A stretch of 64,000 nucleotides of DNA from Camelus ferus (Eukaryota), in the NCBI RefSeq assembly GCF_009834535.1, contig NC_045707.1:58964001-59028000 (forward strand), in the 5' to 3' direction. Shown piece after piece: positions 11,721 through 25,024 of the stretch (the first letter of the stretch is position 1; the number at the start of each line of letters is the position of its first letter). The notes under the pieces were generated by a model. It was not told where the DNA came from, did not search any database, and saw nothing but the letters and a program-made list of their open reading frames with translations. Position numbers and translations under genes: made by a program.

Positions 11721-12361
11721 GCAATTATCTTTCTCCTCTTTGTCAGCCTCCTCCATTGTTCTAACTGAGCTTCAATGCCTAGAGAGAATATCAGGGTAGA
11801 AGATTTCACAAGATATCAACTGTTTTTTATTCAGTTCATGCAATGCTTCTTCTATACACATCTGCAGCAATAAAAAAAATGATGCTGAGATGGGAAGGCT
11901 TACAAAAAAAAATCAGGGTAGAATGTGGTTCAAATAGGTATATTACGATCGGCTTGTAATGAGTGCATTTTGCACTTTCTTTACTACGTCCTCCCTGTGA
12001 AAAAGGAGGAAACTAACCAGACTAGAACTTTCATTGAATTAAATTATTCAACTTCTAAAGGCTTTTAGGGAATTCTAGGCTGACTTCACACTTGGCTCAA
12101 TAGTCACAGTAATGAGAATTCCTTTGAAGAATAGAAAGAATATGAGTCTAAGAGGAGGTAAATATATTAAATTTAGGAGATATTATTGACTAAGGTTTCA
12201 CGCAAATTCCTTCTATTTTAACAATGAAAAATATACTTGAAAGCGTTTAAAATAAATTATTCATATTAATAGAAAAAAGTATGTTTTATATAAAATTAAT
12301 TAAAAAAAATGATTAGTCAAGGGGCAGCGTTTTCAGGTTCAGCTTTTTTTGAGCTTTTCTA

Positions 12362-12735
12362 AGGCAGCATAGTGCGTTGGTTAACTGCTCCGATGCAGAC
12401 GTCAGACTTTACGGGCTGGGTAACAGTTCCACCCTTTACTAGGGCGAAACATTCAGCTCTTTATGCCTCAGGCAGCACATCTGTAAAAGTGGGCTGATGA
12501 GAGATGAGCAAACATCGGAGGTATTGTTAAAGAATTCCTAGAGCATCTAGTAAGTATTAAATAAAATGGCTTCAGAAGCCAGTGGCTGTGGAAAACAGTG
12601 TGTATGCAGTAGAAGAGACACGAGCTAGAACCCACGCAGCTATAGCCCCATCTCTGATCTGGTCAGGAGCCTCCTAGGTGTTCCTGCAAAAAGAAAGGTT
12701 TCATTTCTCTGGGTCTTGATTTCCTCATCTGAAAT
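12362..12735 (+). mobile_element. Two adjacent MIR SINE fragments
   Basis: GCAGCATAGTGCGTTGGTTAA...TGCCTCAGGCAGCACATCTGTAAAAGTGGG, and a second core TCTGGGTCTTGATTTCCTCATCTG. Confidence 0.7.
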
Positions 12736-13599
12736 TAGCTCTAATTTTTAAAATTCCATGAGCTATTGCATTTTTAACACCATGGGGAATAAGATGACTG
12801 AATCAAAATCTGACGTGTATTCAACATCTGTTCTTAGAATCCACATTTAAAGAACTAAAATAAATTTGCAAAGTCATGGGGCTATAATAGCGAGCATTAT
12901 ATTCAGAAAAAACCACAAACGAATCCATTACATTCCAAAAGATACCAAAACCCATTGAATGTTGAATAGAGATAAATAATTCTCGTCTGTTTATATACCG
13001 GTAATCATTGGGGGGGAAAAGAGTTGTAAAAAATGCAGTTTGGGATATGTAAGAAAATTTTTCTTAGCATGGTTCTCTTTAGAAACAAACAACTTTGAAG
13101 CCATGTATGAGGACTAACTAGATTTTTGTTTTGTTGTTAAGGAGAAATGTCTTACTCTGGTTTAAATTATTTGGGGAGATGAGATGAATAAACAATTACA
13201 GTAAACTGACTACATCTTCCAGGAAGGCTACTTAGGAGTAATGTAAAGAAAAACACATTTAGCATAGATTTTTTAAAGGCCAGCTTTGCTCTTGCATATG
13301 TTTACATATTCTGTTTCCATTCTGTTACCAAATTAACAATTATATAAGCCAGAAGCAACCATCTAAGAACAGAATGTAATCTGTGCTGTTACACTGCCCT
13401 CGGTCCTATTATAGAATTATCTGTGAAGATGATGAAATACTGCACACTACTAAGTGATTTATGCCTATCTGCCCATTCATCATTAGAGGTAACTGGCTTA
13501 GTGAAGTGCCTCGAGTCCTACAGCAACGCTGTGTCAGCAGTGGATCTTTGCAACAGTCCAGTGTAATCCTGGTAAGAAAGCCTTATGTCCATCACCCTC

Positions 13600-14220
13600 T
13601 CAGCCCACCTCTCTGGTGGTTCCCATCTTACTGAATGGAAACATCTATCCAGAAGCACAAAGTCTGAGTCACTCCTGACACTGCACCCTCTTTCATCACC
13701 CCTCCCATATGCAATTCATCACTTTTATATTTTAAGTATTTCTTGAATGCTTCCATTTCTCTCCATTTCTAATGCTCCCATCTAACCCAAAATGCCCCTG
13801 TTTGTCTTCTGTCCTACATGTATTTCCCTCCTCAACCCAACCTCCACCTTTAAATGACTTTCTTTGTTCTTAAACTAGGGCCCAATAGCCTTAATATGCT
13901 TGATTTTCCTCTGTTGGAATATTCTCTCTCCATCACTTCCATTTCAGACACATTCTCATCCTCAGCAATGTCTTCCCATTTGGTTACTTTCCTTTATAGG
14001 ATTTATCTCGCAGTGTATTCATATATTCATTTCTGTAGTTATTTAATTAATGTCTGTCTCTCCATTAGTAAGTTAGTTCCCTGAGAGAGGCCATTGGTGC
14101 CTGGTTTTGCCAGACATTTTGGTCCAGTAATTGTTTGTCCAGAGCACAGTGCTTGGAGCACAGTTGGTACTGGATATTCTTCACATCAATAAAGCAAGGA
14201 ATAAATGATTGTGAATATAA
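13600..14220 (+). mobile_element. L2 fragment
   Basis: L2 body (GAGTCACTCCTGACA, CCATTTCTCTCCATTTCT) and 3' end (CAGAGCACAGTGCTTGGAGCACAGTTGGTACT). Confidence 0.7.
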
Positions 14221-15229
14221 TAAACAGCTTTCTGGTTCATGTCTCAGCCTTTGACTAAGGTATCCACCTTTTATCAACTAAATTAAGGGGAAAATAGGAG
14301 AAACAACTGAACACATTTAAACAATCTGTATAAAATATTTTAAGTCATCTGATTATCTTTGATTTGGTGGTGCCATATGGCAATATAATTAAGTGACTAG
14401 GATACTTTTCATTATTTAAATCTCTTTCTTACCATAACGTAAACACAGTTTTCTCAGAAGTGGTGAGCTTTAGCTTAAAATTCCCTTTAGGCTATAATTA
14501 TGCGCTTTTTACTGCATATTACAAAGTGTTGACTAATCCCTATGCAATTTTTACTTAGTCCTGGATTAACTATACTGTTTTTATTTCATCCTTCTTGTAC
14601 TCAGGTTTCTTTATTTTCCTTACTTTTTTTTTTCCAACTGTAAGCTCACATTAAGGGAGCCAAATAATAAATTTTCACTAGATACTTCACATATGTTCCT
14701 CACACAATATTACTCAAAAACAAACTTTCAAGTAGGCGTCTATTCTTTGTAGGCAGAACCCTAACAGATTGTTCAGTCAGACCAAAAGCTTTATTTTCTT
14801 TCACTCTTTCTCTCCCTTCACCCCCATCTTTCATCTTCTTCCCTCTGCTCCTCACCCTTGCCTGGCTTCGCTTCCACACTGCCTCCTAAACTGTTCTCAG
14901 AGCATCTCCTCGCTCCAACTCCGCACTTTTGCCCATCTCTTCTCCATCCCTCAACCTGCTCGGTACACAAAGACATGCCCTCTAGGCTGCAAACACGTAT
15001 CATTTATTAATCTCTTCTGTCATTTTTCTCCATCGCAACGGACACTTGATTTGTTTTCCCTGGGTTCCTCATCCCTAGTTGTCATCCCTCCATTTCTCAT
15101 TGCATACACCACACTCTTGACCCAATCCTGCTCTCTCACTTACTAGCCATGTGACTTCTGGCTCTGTGCCTCAGTTTTCCCTACTGTAAATCAGATACTA
15201 CAACAGTGTTCAGACAGAGGGGCTTGGAG

Positions 15230-15690
15230 CAAAGACAATTTGTTTAAAAAACAATATTACAAAATAGAGAGGAACAATTGGTGCAATGTGGTTATTTGCT
15301 GAGAATAAAAGAAATCAAAACAAAGTACAACGTATTAAAAGCTGAGACCACAAATATCACAAAAAATGAGGAAACAGCGATATTTGTATTCATTATCTAA
15401 TGTTACATTTATAATACTTTTTTTGCTGCAGATTTTGGCTACAAACTTATTGACTGCGTTTTCCTATGATGGCAATTTTGTACATCGTTTTCTATAGAGA
15501 GATTTTTAAAAAATCAATTTTAGTTCTTCTCCCAGAGTACAATAATTTTACTGATATTTTAGAAATGATTGATTTAGATTTACAACTTATTATTGGCAGT
15601 ATCACAGAAACTTTTAGAATCACCATCTAATTTGGAAAAACACTGTCAACTCTCTTTCATATACGAACTGTAAGACTGGAAGCCACATGC
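15230..15690. mobile_element. Zaphod-like hAT-Tip100 DNA transposon fragment
   Basis: AAAAGCTGAGACCACAAATATCACAAAA...TTTTCTATAGAGAG...CTTTCATATACGAACTGTAAGA matches the recalled Zaphod consensus. Confidence 0.65.
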
Positions 15691-15984
15691 TTCTGGGTCT
15701 GGGGGTCATGGGAGCCACTTTATATCCTGATCCCACCTTTGATCCTTCATGCAGGAGGTAACAGGTTGGGTACAGAGCATCTCCGAACACCTTAAATTGG
15801 CCCATAAATTGATTTTAATGATAATATGTTACTTATCTAATATCCTATGGTGAATAACTTACTTCTATATTAAGATAGGAAACATAATCAAAGGAACATA
15901 ACGAAAAATACTGTCAGTCTGTTTTATCTTATTTCAAGAGTCTGGAAAAATATGAGTGTTCAGCATGTTGTAATAATGATGTTG

Positions 15985-16135
15985 ATAATAAGAATAATAA
16001 ACAACATTTACCTAGAGTTCACTGTGTGACAGGTACTCTTCTAAGCACTTTACATAGATAATAGTTCTTTCCACTACCCTATGTGGTATGTGGTTTGTGA
16101 TTCCTATTTGGCAGATAAGGAAACTGAGGCACTGG
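15985..16135 (-). mobile_element. MIR SINE
   Basis: TTCTAAGCACTTTACAT...GCAGATAAGGAAACTGAGGCAC. Confidence 0.85.
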
Positions 16136-17419
16136 TGAGTTCTTTTCTATCATAGTTAATCTCTACACTGCTTATTATTTTTTTCCTTTCAACTAAAAAT
16201 TATGAGAATTTTACATACCATTCTATGATCAAGTAAAATATTAAAAATCTACCTGAAGTAACTTAAGAACATTTCCCCAAAGACAAATGTATAGGTAAAA
16301 TGACTAGATACAGTTCTTTTTTAAACTTCTCTAGACTTTAAGGGTCAGACCTAGGTATACTTGGAAGCTCATGTCTGAGAAATATTGCACAGAGTTTACT
16401 GCTTAAAGATAACCTGATATATATGGTATAAATGCTGTTTAGGAATTAGAGGCCTGGAGTGGACTCATCTCTGGTTTGCAGTGACCTTCCTCTCCACCTC
16501 TCTTTTAATAAACTTCTCTTTGCTTGAAGATTCAAGGCAAAGATTTCTTCTCTGCAACCGTTCTCTCTACACACCTGAAGGGGGTTGATGATGGCGCCTT
16601 TACACCATACCTACATCTGGTATACACAAAACTCTCTCTAGTTATTTTTATTCAGTCAGAGGACTATTTGGTTATATGTAGGGGTTTTTTTCCCCTGTAA
16701 ATATAAACTGCTTGTAACTCAGGGATCTTTTCTATTTGTCTTTATAACAGAACCAGGCACAGAGCTCAACAGTTAAATGTCTAGTAAGTCAACAAATATC
16801 AGAGGATAGCTTTGGAATTCAACCTTGACAAGATGTAAGGAATTTTAGATATTAGAAGAGTGTGTGGTAAAGGATTCATAATTTCAAATGATAATTTTTC
16901 TAATTTTTTCTAGGATTGATATGAATTCTTAAATGACAAATGAATCCAACCTGACTCAAACAAGTTTTGCTACAATAAGCATGCAAACTTGCACATTTGG
17001 AAGACAGGTTGCTATTTTATTCTTTTCTACTACTTTTTAAAGTCCTATGCCTTTTGAATTCTTTTACACAAGTAACAACATGCTTTATGAACAAGGAAAT
17101 AACACAGATCTATTTGAGAATTACTATAATATACTTCACATAACTTTAAGTCTAATATATTGTTTTAAAATTATCTTTGAATATTTCTTTGATCTTTTTA
17201 TATGTCAGACTAGTAATTAGTAATTTGCTTCCTCTTTAAAATAGTCCTGTCTTTTTTCACATTATTTACAACATAATATTCTTTTAATTTTCAGTTTTTC
17301 AGTTTTTTAAAATATTTATATACAGATTTACTTTAGAAGTTTAGAATTAGACATTCACATTACCTGCTGCAATTCAAAAGAGTCACAGTGTTATACTCAG
17401 CTAATGGAAGATACTATGC

Positions 17420-17600
17420 AGGACATAGTATGATCAGGTTTGCGTTTGAGAAGATCATTCTGACAGTTGCATGGAGGGTAACACTGGAGCTGGAGGGACC
17501 AGTTACAAGCCTATTTTAAAAGTTGAGGGCTACAGAGGACGAGTCATGAATGACAGCAGTGGTGGCCGGGACGAAAACTAAAGAGTAGATTCTAGAGATG
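17420..17600 (-). mobile_element. L2 fragment
   Basis: ATGATCAGGTTTGCGTTTGAGAAGATCATTCTGACAG...GTAGATTCTAGAGATGTTT. Confidence 0.7.
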
Positions 17601-18049
17601 TTTAAACAAAGGGGAAAAAAAAAAAAAGGAAAAAAAAAAAAAAGGCCGTGGAAGCTGACTGCTTGGTTGGGCTACTTTTTGTAATCACTGGAGTTGAGAA
17701 AATCTGAGTCTGGTGCGGGCAGGCTTTTGGGCTAAGAGGTGTCACTTTGCAGTGAAGAAATTAACAACCTGGAGGCCAATACACAGAGGCTATCTTTGGT
17801 TCATTTGTATAGCCCTCAGTGACTGGTTAGATGTGCAGGATGAGAGAGAGAAAGACTGATGGGTTTCTGGTTTGGAATTCTATTGAATCATGACAGTATT
17901 TTTATGTTTACTAGAAAAATTAATGGCATATAGTAGATGCTCAAGATATATGGATGTAAGGATATACGAATGTCAATAATAGAGTTCAGAAATAAGATTT
18001 TAGCAGCTCTGAATGAATGCCTCTGGAACAATCACTAGTATTACTGAAT

Positions 18050-18185
18050 GATTATCATATATTTAGCACTGCTCTAGAAGCTTTGATGTAGTAACTGATT
18101 GAATCCTCAAAACAACTCTGAGAGCAGCACTATTATAATCTCCATTTACATATAAGAAAGCTGTGAAACAGAGAAGTTAACAGCT
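18050..18185 (-). mobile_element. MIR SINE
   Basis: AATCCTCAAAACAACTCTGAGAG...CTCCATTTACATATAAGAAAGCTGTGAAACAGAGAAGTTAA. Confidence 0.75.
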
Positions 18186-19039
18186 AATAACGAATGTGGA
18201 GAAACATTTAAGAGCTTAGGATTCAAAACGTAAAAATTTACCATGTCCATAAACAATGCAGTTAAAGTAATTTAAAAAAAAAAGGAGACTATTGTACTGC
18301 AACCAGGAGTAAGATGAGGCATTTACTGTAGCTGAACACAATTAGCAATATTCTTCATTCAACTATTCCTATAGACATCTACATGCTATATTACGCATCG
18401 AGAACAGAGCTATAAAAAATGTAGTCCTGACACATAGACTTGCTATTCTTTGGAGAATTTTGAATCTTACAAAAATTGTAAGATGATATAGTCAAAACTT
18501 TTCCAATACCTACCATGTTCTGGCTAATTATAAAAAATGTTTTTAATCACATGCAGCCTTCACTCATCATTCATTCAACACAAATTCACTGAATACCAAC
18601 CATGAGTCAGACAACGTGCTGGATGTTGGGGACACTTATGAGGTATGTAAGAAAAACTTAGTTAAGTCAATTTTTTAAGTAACCAGGAATTAGAAAAAAC
18701 AACATCTACCTTTGTGGGGTTTTTTTTTTCTTTAAGATTATATAATTGAGGATCAGAAATGTTGAGAAAATCTCCCAGCATCACAGAACTTTGAAGTGTT
18801 AAGGCTAGGTTGTGAAGGTCACCTGTCTGTAAAAGTCCCTACTCACTCAGTCAATATGTATTGAGAACTTATTAGGTTTCTAACACAAATACTGCAGTGA
18901 AAAAGGTAACGAAGATAGACTTGAGTCCTATCCTCTTGATGCACCATGATCTAAGTCTAGGTCCAAACAACGAAAAACTATCATAAGAATTTAATATAGG
19001 ACAATGACTAAACTTAAAGGACTGAAAAAGAAGTGGGAG

Positions 19040-19262
19040 TTTGGAAAGAAGCTGGAGACTGGAACTGACTGCTATTCAATGTATGACTGATCTGCAGTGC
19101 TCAAAGGTCAACAGTCTTGCTGTCTCCTGATGGTGCCTCCTATTGAGTGAATCTAACAGGAAACCAAGTGGCCAAAGAGAAATGTGGGTTACAGAGTCTC
19201 AACTCTGAGCATCACAGAGCAAAGGTATAGAGTGGGAGGTTCAGAGCTGAGAGACAACAGGT
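19040..19262. mobile_element. Ancient ERVL/MaLR-class LTR fragment (family uncertain)
   Basis: GAAATGTGGGTTACAGAGTC...AGCATCACAGAGCAAAGGTATAGAGTGGGAGGTTCAGAGCTGAGAGACAA resembles old LTR termini. Confidence 0.45.
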
Positions 19263-20584
19263 AAATGAGAAACACATACTATTTCCTATAGGAGAGAGAA
19301 AATAAATTTGAAATTTATGAAGATTTGGATCTTGGGAAGGTGGCAGAAACTACCTGGTCCAATTTGCTGCTTCTTGAAATGAGAAAACTGAAGCCCAAAC
19401 TCACTGAGTGCCTTTTAAAGGGTTATAGCTCGGTATCAAAGCCAGGATAAGAATCTAATTTTCTTATACATTACACTGGAATTTCTGCTATTCAATGCTC
19501 TAAGGACAGTGAACAAATTAATGGACACTATTCTCAAAAGACGAAAAAGATCATCTATAAAGGATGCAAGAGATGAAAAACTACTACAATAGACAATTCT
19601 GATACCCTACCTAGATCAAAACAAAAGCAATGACCGCCTGATGACTTTATTTGAGAACAAACTTTGAGAATTAGGGAACAGACGATAGCATGTCTCTTAG
19701 TCTGTGGCTGTCAAATTTCATTTGTTTGGTCTGAAGTTGAGCTCCACTGAGTTTGAGATTAAGCTCTTATCAGGAGTGATGAATGATTTTAGCAAAATTG
19801 TACATTTTATGAGTCTACCCATTTGATAATTTAGTTCTATCCACTGAGTCTCAGGTATGACATTACAGAGAGAGGGAGAGCATAGTGCAGAGAATGTTGA
19901 AGTAAATAGCCTGCCTCTTTGTTCTTTTATCTCAAAGGATGCTGTGCTAATTGCACTGCAACGGACACATCGTTACTAGTCGGTCCACAGAAAGCTGTTT
20001 GATGCGTAACCACAACACAGCAGTATCTCCTCCTTACTGCAGAGTCAAGCCAAATCAAGGGGCTCTGTGAGTTACCAACTGCTTGAGTAGCCCAGATTTA
20101 CATAGTCCCGAAGGTCTGTAAAAAGGTAAGTTTTACAAAGATGTTTAAGTCTTCCACTGGTTGTTTTCATAGATAAGCTTTGGAATAGACACCTATGCTT
20201 CAAGCCCCCTTTAATCCATTCTATGTAAGTTGGGGGAAAAAAATCCCACAGTGTATTAAAACACTGCAATACATTGTTGTCTCTCGTGAAGGCTTTTCAA
20301 GGATTTACTGACTAACATTGCACTTGCTTTTGTTTGAGCATTTCTCACAGTGATCCTCTGATGTCAAAGCCTTTTGTTTAATTTATTCAATAAAAGCTGG
20401 CTCTTCTTTTCAATTGTTTAAAATGAGAATGGCATTTAATTTTAGCACTTTACTGTCTTGGCATACAGCTGAACTTTGGCCGTTTAGAGAATGTTTTATC
20501 TTCAAAAAGCAAAAGATTTCAGAAATTTAAGTGGTTGCACCAGCTAATTTCATTGGTAAATTTATACAGTTACAGACCTGTTAA

Positions 20585-20588
<4 letters not shown>

Positions 20589-20616
<28 letters not shown>
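20589..20616. repeat. Poly(A) tract of about 28 nt
   Basis: Uninterrupted A run. Confidence 0.95.
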
Positions 20617-20617
<1 letters not shown>

Positions 20618-21947
20618 ACGAGCTGTTCTGAAGCAAGAATTAACAGCACCAATTTGGAAAGCTGCTCAGTTTCACAAGGTGGACTTTTTCCATGAATACT
20701 GATCATTCATATGTGATGTACTAAATATTCACATTAAGCTAGAGAAGAAATCATCTAATTTTGTCTCCATGATAAAAGGATAGATGCGAGATGATGGTTA
20801 TTATAGAGACTATGCATTAGTGGGTCAGCTCAAACTCTGCATTTGGCTTTGATTTAATTATTCAATTAAAATCCTTTTTATTTGAGAAGCAAAAGAAAAA
20901 TCAAGTTTAATGGAACAATCATTTATATAACACACTGGAAGTTTTTTTAACCTAACAAAAAAAAACTAACAGCCTTAGAATCAGAAAAAAAAAATATATC
21001 ATTTTCACCTTGATATTCCAATCTTTTCCCTCTGGACTTATTCTCTGGCTTCTAATTAAATCTAATATTTATCACAGAGAGTTGAAATTATTTTCAGTAT
21101 CATGAGAAATCCCTGAGTTGTCAGACTATTCCAAAGATGAAATAAAGCATTAGCTAGAATGAAGCACCATTAGGTGCTCGGAAATGTGAAGGTAAAGGAG
21201 AACTGTGGAAATGAGTAAGGAAAGAGAGAATATGGGAAATAAAACAAAGTAGATAAGTTACTGTAGAAGTTAGAGGAAAGTTACATGCAGGTAAGAATCA
21301 CGGGAATCCACACAATTTCCTAAATAAAGTTATTCAATATCAAATAAACATGTATCCTCTTAGGTGATGTTACTCTAAATTGTTTTTGCAATTAGTGAGT
21401 GTTTCTGTTTTAAACCTACTAAAAAAAGGAATGTTATTTATGTTAGAATTTTTTTTCACTTTGAAACTAAAATATATCCTTTTGTTCCTATTTCAAGCTT
21501 TTAGTCAGCGTAATTTAAAAAAAAATCCTGAGATTACAAAATCTACTTTAAAACTGTTTCCAAAGTCAAAACTTTTATAGAAATAAGGATTTTTCTTATG
21601 AATGTGAAATAAAATATGAAAAATGATTCTGATGCCAAGGCTGACGAATCCTCCTAGTGTCCATACTCCTAATTTAAAGATACACTGACGTGGTGGTGCC
21701 ACAGATCTTTTTATGCAAATCTCATAGTGGCAATACTTTTAAAAATGACTTACTCTTCAGAGCATACACTTTGTAATACTATTATGCAATTTATTAGTTC
21801 CATAATTTTGAAAATGTATTTAACCTTTCTGATAATGTTTCCTCATCTGTAAAATGAGACTAGTGATAATTACTTTTTAGAGGTGCTGTGGGAATCAAGA
21901 TTATATATTTAAATATATGACATTAAGTACACAGTAGTTCTTCTGAT

Positions 21948-22001
21948 TGTTGCTATGTCCTACCTATGCGGAAGTGTTGTTATGTCCTACCTATGCGGAA
22001 G
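21948..22001. repeat. 27-bp tandem duplication (2 copies)
   Basis: TGTTGCTATGTCCTACCTATGCGGAAG followed by TGTTGTTATGTCCTACCTATGCGGAAG (1 mismatch). Confidence 0.97.
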
Positions 22002-22339
22002 GCAAAAAGTTCATCAAATATATATTTTTCTTTCAAGGAGCAGGAGAGAAGGGCAATTATGGAGACTGGACTATAATCACATTATTACAATGCCATACAA
22101 TTAGTACATTTTATTAAAGGTGATTTGATAATTAGTACTGTTTGCACAAAGATTTTTCTTTTTTAGTGGACTTATACTTTTACTTTGGAGGTCTTTCTGC
22201 CAGAATAGATTGTATATAAGCCATCATTTATACCTTCTGAAAGCTGCTAAGTGTAACTTCATGAATCATGAGAAACTATTTAGTCTGACAGACATCAATA
22301 CGACCCAGTAATAACAACACTGACCACCAACACCACAGT

Positions 22340-22560
22340 GACAACTAATATTTACTGAATGTAACATGTGCCATGCACTTGCATAAGTGCTTAACATTAA
22401 TGATCTCATATGATTTGCATAGCAGCCCTAAGAGGTAGTTACTATTAGGTGACTGCTTTACAGATAGGGCAGAAAGAAGTTAATTAGTGACTTAAGTTCT
22501 CACAGCTAGAGAGGGAACAAAAGCAAGGTTTGAATCCAGGTAGTCTCAACTCCAGATCCT
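22340..22560 (-). mobile_element. MIR SINE, near full length
   Basis: ACTAATATTTACTGAATG...TTTACAGATAGGG...TCACAGCTAG...GGTTTGAATCCAGGTAGTCT. Confidence 0.85.
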
Positions 22561-24699
22561 GCCTTGGTGTCCAAGGAATCACCAGGTGGACAGCTGGTCC
22601 CCCCTCAACTATCCCAGAAAACATCTCCAAACGAGACCAAACCAAAAAGGTCAGGGTAATAAGGACATTGCCCACCTTCCTGGGCTTAGATGTAATGGTT
22701 CATTCACATCAACTTTTTCATATATGTCTTTCAAATTATATATAAAAAAATCTAGCAAAAATGGTATGTAACATATATTTAACTTCTACCCAACATCCCT
22801 TGATGTTTGAAATATTTAACAAGGATAATGACACCAATCAACAGGAGCTAAAGCAGAATCTTGGAGATCCCCACTGTTCCTTCATTCATCCTAGATCTTG
22901 CTGGAGTCTTGACAGGATGGACAAAATGTGCTGGGGGGAGATACTGAACTGGGCTCAAGTTTTTGGCTCTTTTTCTTCCAGTTCAGAAATATTCATTTAT
23001 TCTAACATCTGGACCATCTGGCATGACTGAAAATTGTGCATATGGGCTAAATAGCAGTCTTGCTTTGAACGTGTCATTTAGGCATGAACTATGAGAATAA
23101 AAGGCTTACTGTTTATAAAACTGCACAATGAAGAGTAATCAATGACACTGTTTTGTGAACTCAGGTGTTGCTGCTTTTGAAAGATCTAAAAAACAGAAAG
23201 AAGGAAAATCTGCAATCAAAAGAGAATTGCATAGGTAAGCTGGCTGTAAAGAAAATCTATTTTTTAAAGGCTCCTTGGAGATCACAAAATTGTAATATGT
23301 CAATATGTTGTAAGAGACATACTACATCTGAAATCTTTTTTTTTTTTTAAACTATAGCAGCTATTTTACTATGCCTTTCTGACTGGCAGGAACCCTAAGT
23401 AGGCATGTACGGGATCGATTCTTTGTTTATGACCATATACAATCTAAATCAAGAAAATCACGGCTGTGCAATACTTATTACTAGTATTATAAACTTCAAT
23501 ATCTACTACAGACTGAGTATCATGTTTCCCTTTTTTCTTAAATAACAGGCTTCATGGTGAAGGGTTTAAAGATCAATATTGAATTGAAACATAAAGAGAC
23601 ATGGTATAATACCTTAATAAAATAACATGATTTTGTCTCTTGACTGATAGAAGGTGTAGAGGTCTTACAGAAGAGCAAAGAGATCACTGTGTGAATTTTA
23701 ATATCTGTAGGATTGTTAAGACATTTAATGTTTCCAAAGTCAAAGAGTAAAAGACAAATGGAACTACCATTGTGTTAGCTTAAATATTTTAATAGTGAAG
23801 AATGGCTTATTATCTTATGTTAGCAAAAATTTAATTATATCAAAGTTGATTTTTAAGTGTTTATTGAGAGCAAACAATCATAGTATTTTTCACACATAAT
23901 AGCATAAATCTCAAAAGCCCCTGCAAACTAGACGTTATTAGTCCTAATTTACTGATGGTTAAACTCAGGCTTGGAGGACACGATGCCTTTTTCAAGTTTG
24001 TATACGTAATGATGGGAGAACCAGATTTTGAATTCAGTTTGTCTAATTCCTGAGCCCATATTTTTTTCCAACAAGATATATTGCTTTCCTTCTAATTTTA
24101 AGAGAGATAATTAGGAAAATATTAAAAATTACCAAATTAGCTCAAGGGTAAAAACATGTAAAGAATTTGCCTTTGTTGATCCTAGGTTGAGAAGGATCAA
24201 ATAAACTGAAATGATAGTGTTATAACCACACCTTCAATTTCATCTTAAATAGCAAAGTAATTTCTATTGTTGGTAGATTTGTTTCTTTTTTCTCTCCTCT
24301 TCCCCGACATCTACAGAACAGTTTTTCAGAACTTTTTACCTTAATATACTAGTTTTAAAAACTACAGCCTACACACTAGAGATCTCAAAATAGTTAAGCA
24401 ATAAAACCATGCTCTGAAGGTGAAGAGACATTGCTAAATCTAGAAGAAATGTAAAACACAGTGATGCCCACGAAATTGCCCTTTTGTGTACATGCTGAGA
24501 ATTTAAGTTGGGACTCCATTAGAGTCTCTCTGGATCTTAAAAATATTGAAAGAAGAGCAGAGCCCCACCACCAGCCCACTCCTTGTTCCTGCAGATTTCA
24601 GCAGCATAACTGGATTATAGATTTAGAGGGAAAGAGACTTGCTATGGTAATTTTGCAAATAGAAGCTAATTACTGTATTCCTAGAGAGAGAAAACAAAG

Positions 24700-25024
24700 T
24701 TTATAGTGTGCTATGAAATGTCCAACCAACATATTTGTGGTGGGCAAATTGGAGTTCCCCAAGCCTTGGGTTCTTCCTTTGTGATGCAACCCACTGAGTT
24801 TGTGAATGTCAACGGGTCCTCTTCATCTCGCCCTGTGGGAACTGAAGCTCAGGGAACCAAAGCAGAACTTACACTTTGTCCGCTGCTACTGCTGTGAGAC
24901 ATAAAGTGTCACTGGTCTTTGATCTAGCAATCTTGTGTCTTATACCAGAACTCCTAAAACTGTGGCGGGCTAACTTGTTATCTTGAAGGAGGGTCAGATC
25001 TCAGATCTTTCACAATTCTTGACA
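24700..25024 (+). mobile_element. ERVL-type LTR 3' portion (MER54/MER74-like)
   Basis: Ends AAACTGTGGCGGGCTAACTTGTTATCTTG...ATCTCAGATCTTTCACAATTCTTGACA (LTR terminal CA). Confidence 0.6.

Noticed and set aside
14769..15146. 125-aa S/L/P/F-rich ORF
   Set aside because: Pyrimidine-rich low-complexity sequence, probably decayed L2.
20316..20326. CATTGCACTTG, identical to the start of miR-25
   Set aside because: The match ends after 11 nt and no complementary hairpin arm is visible.
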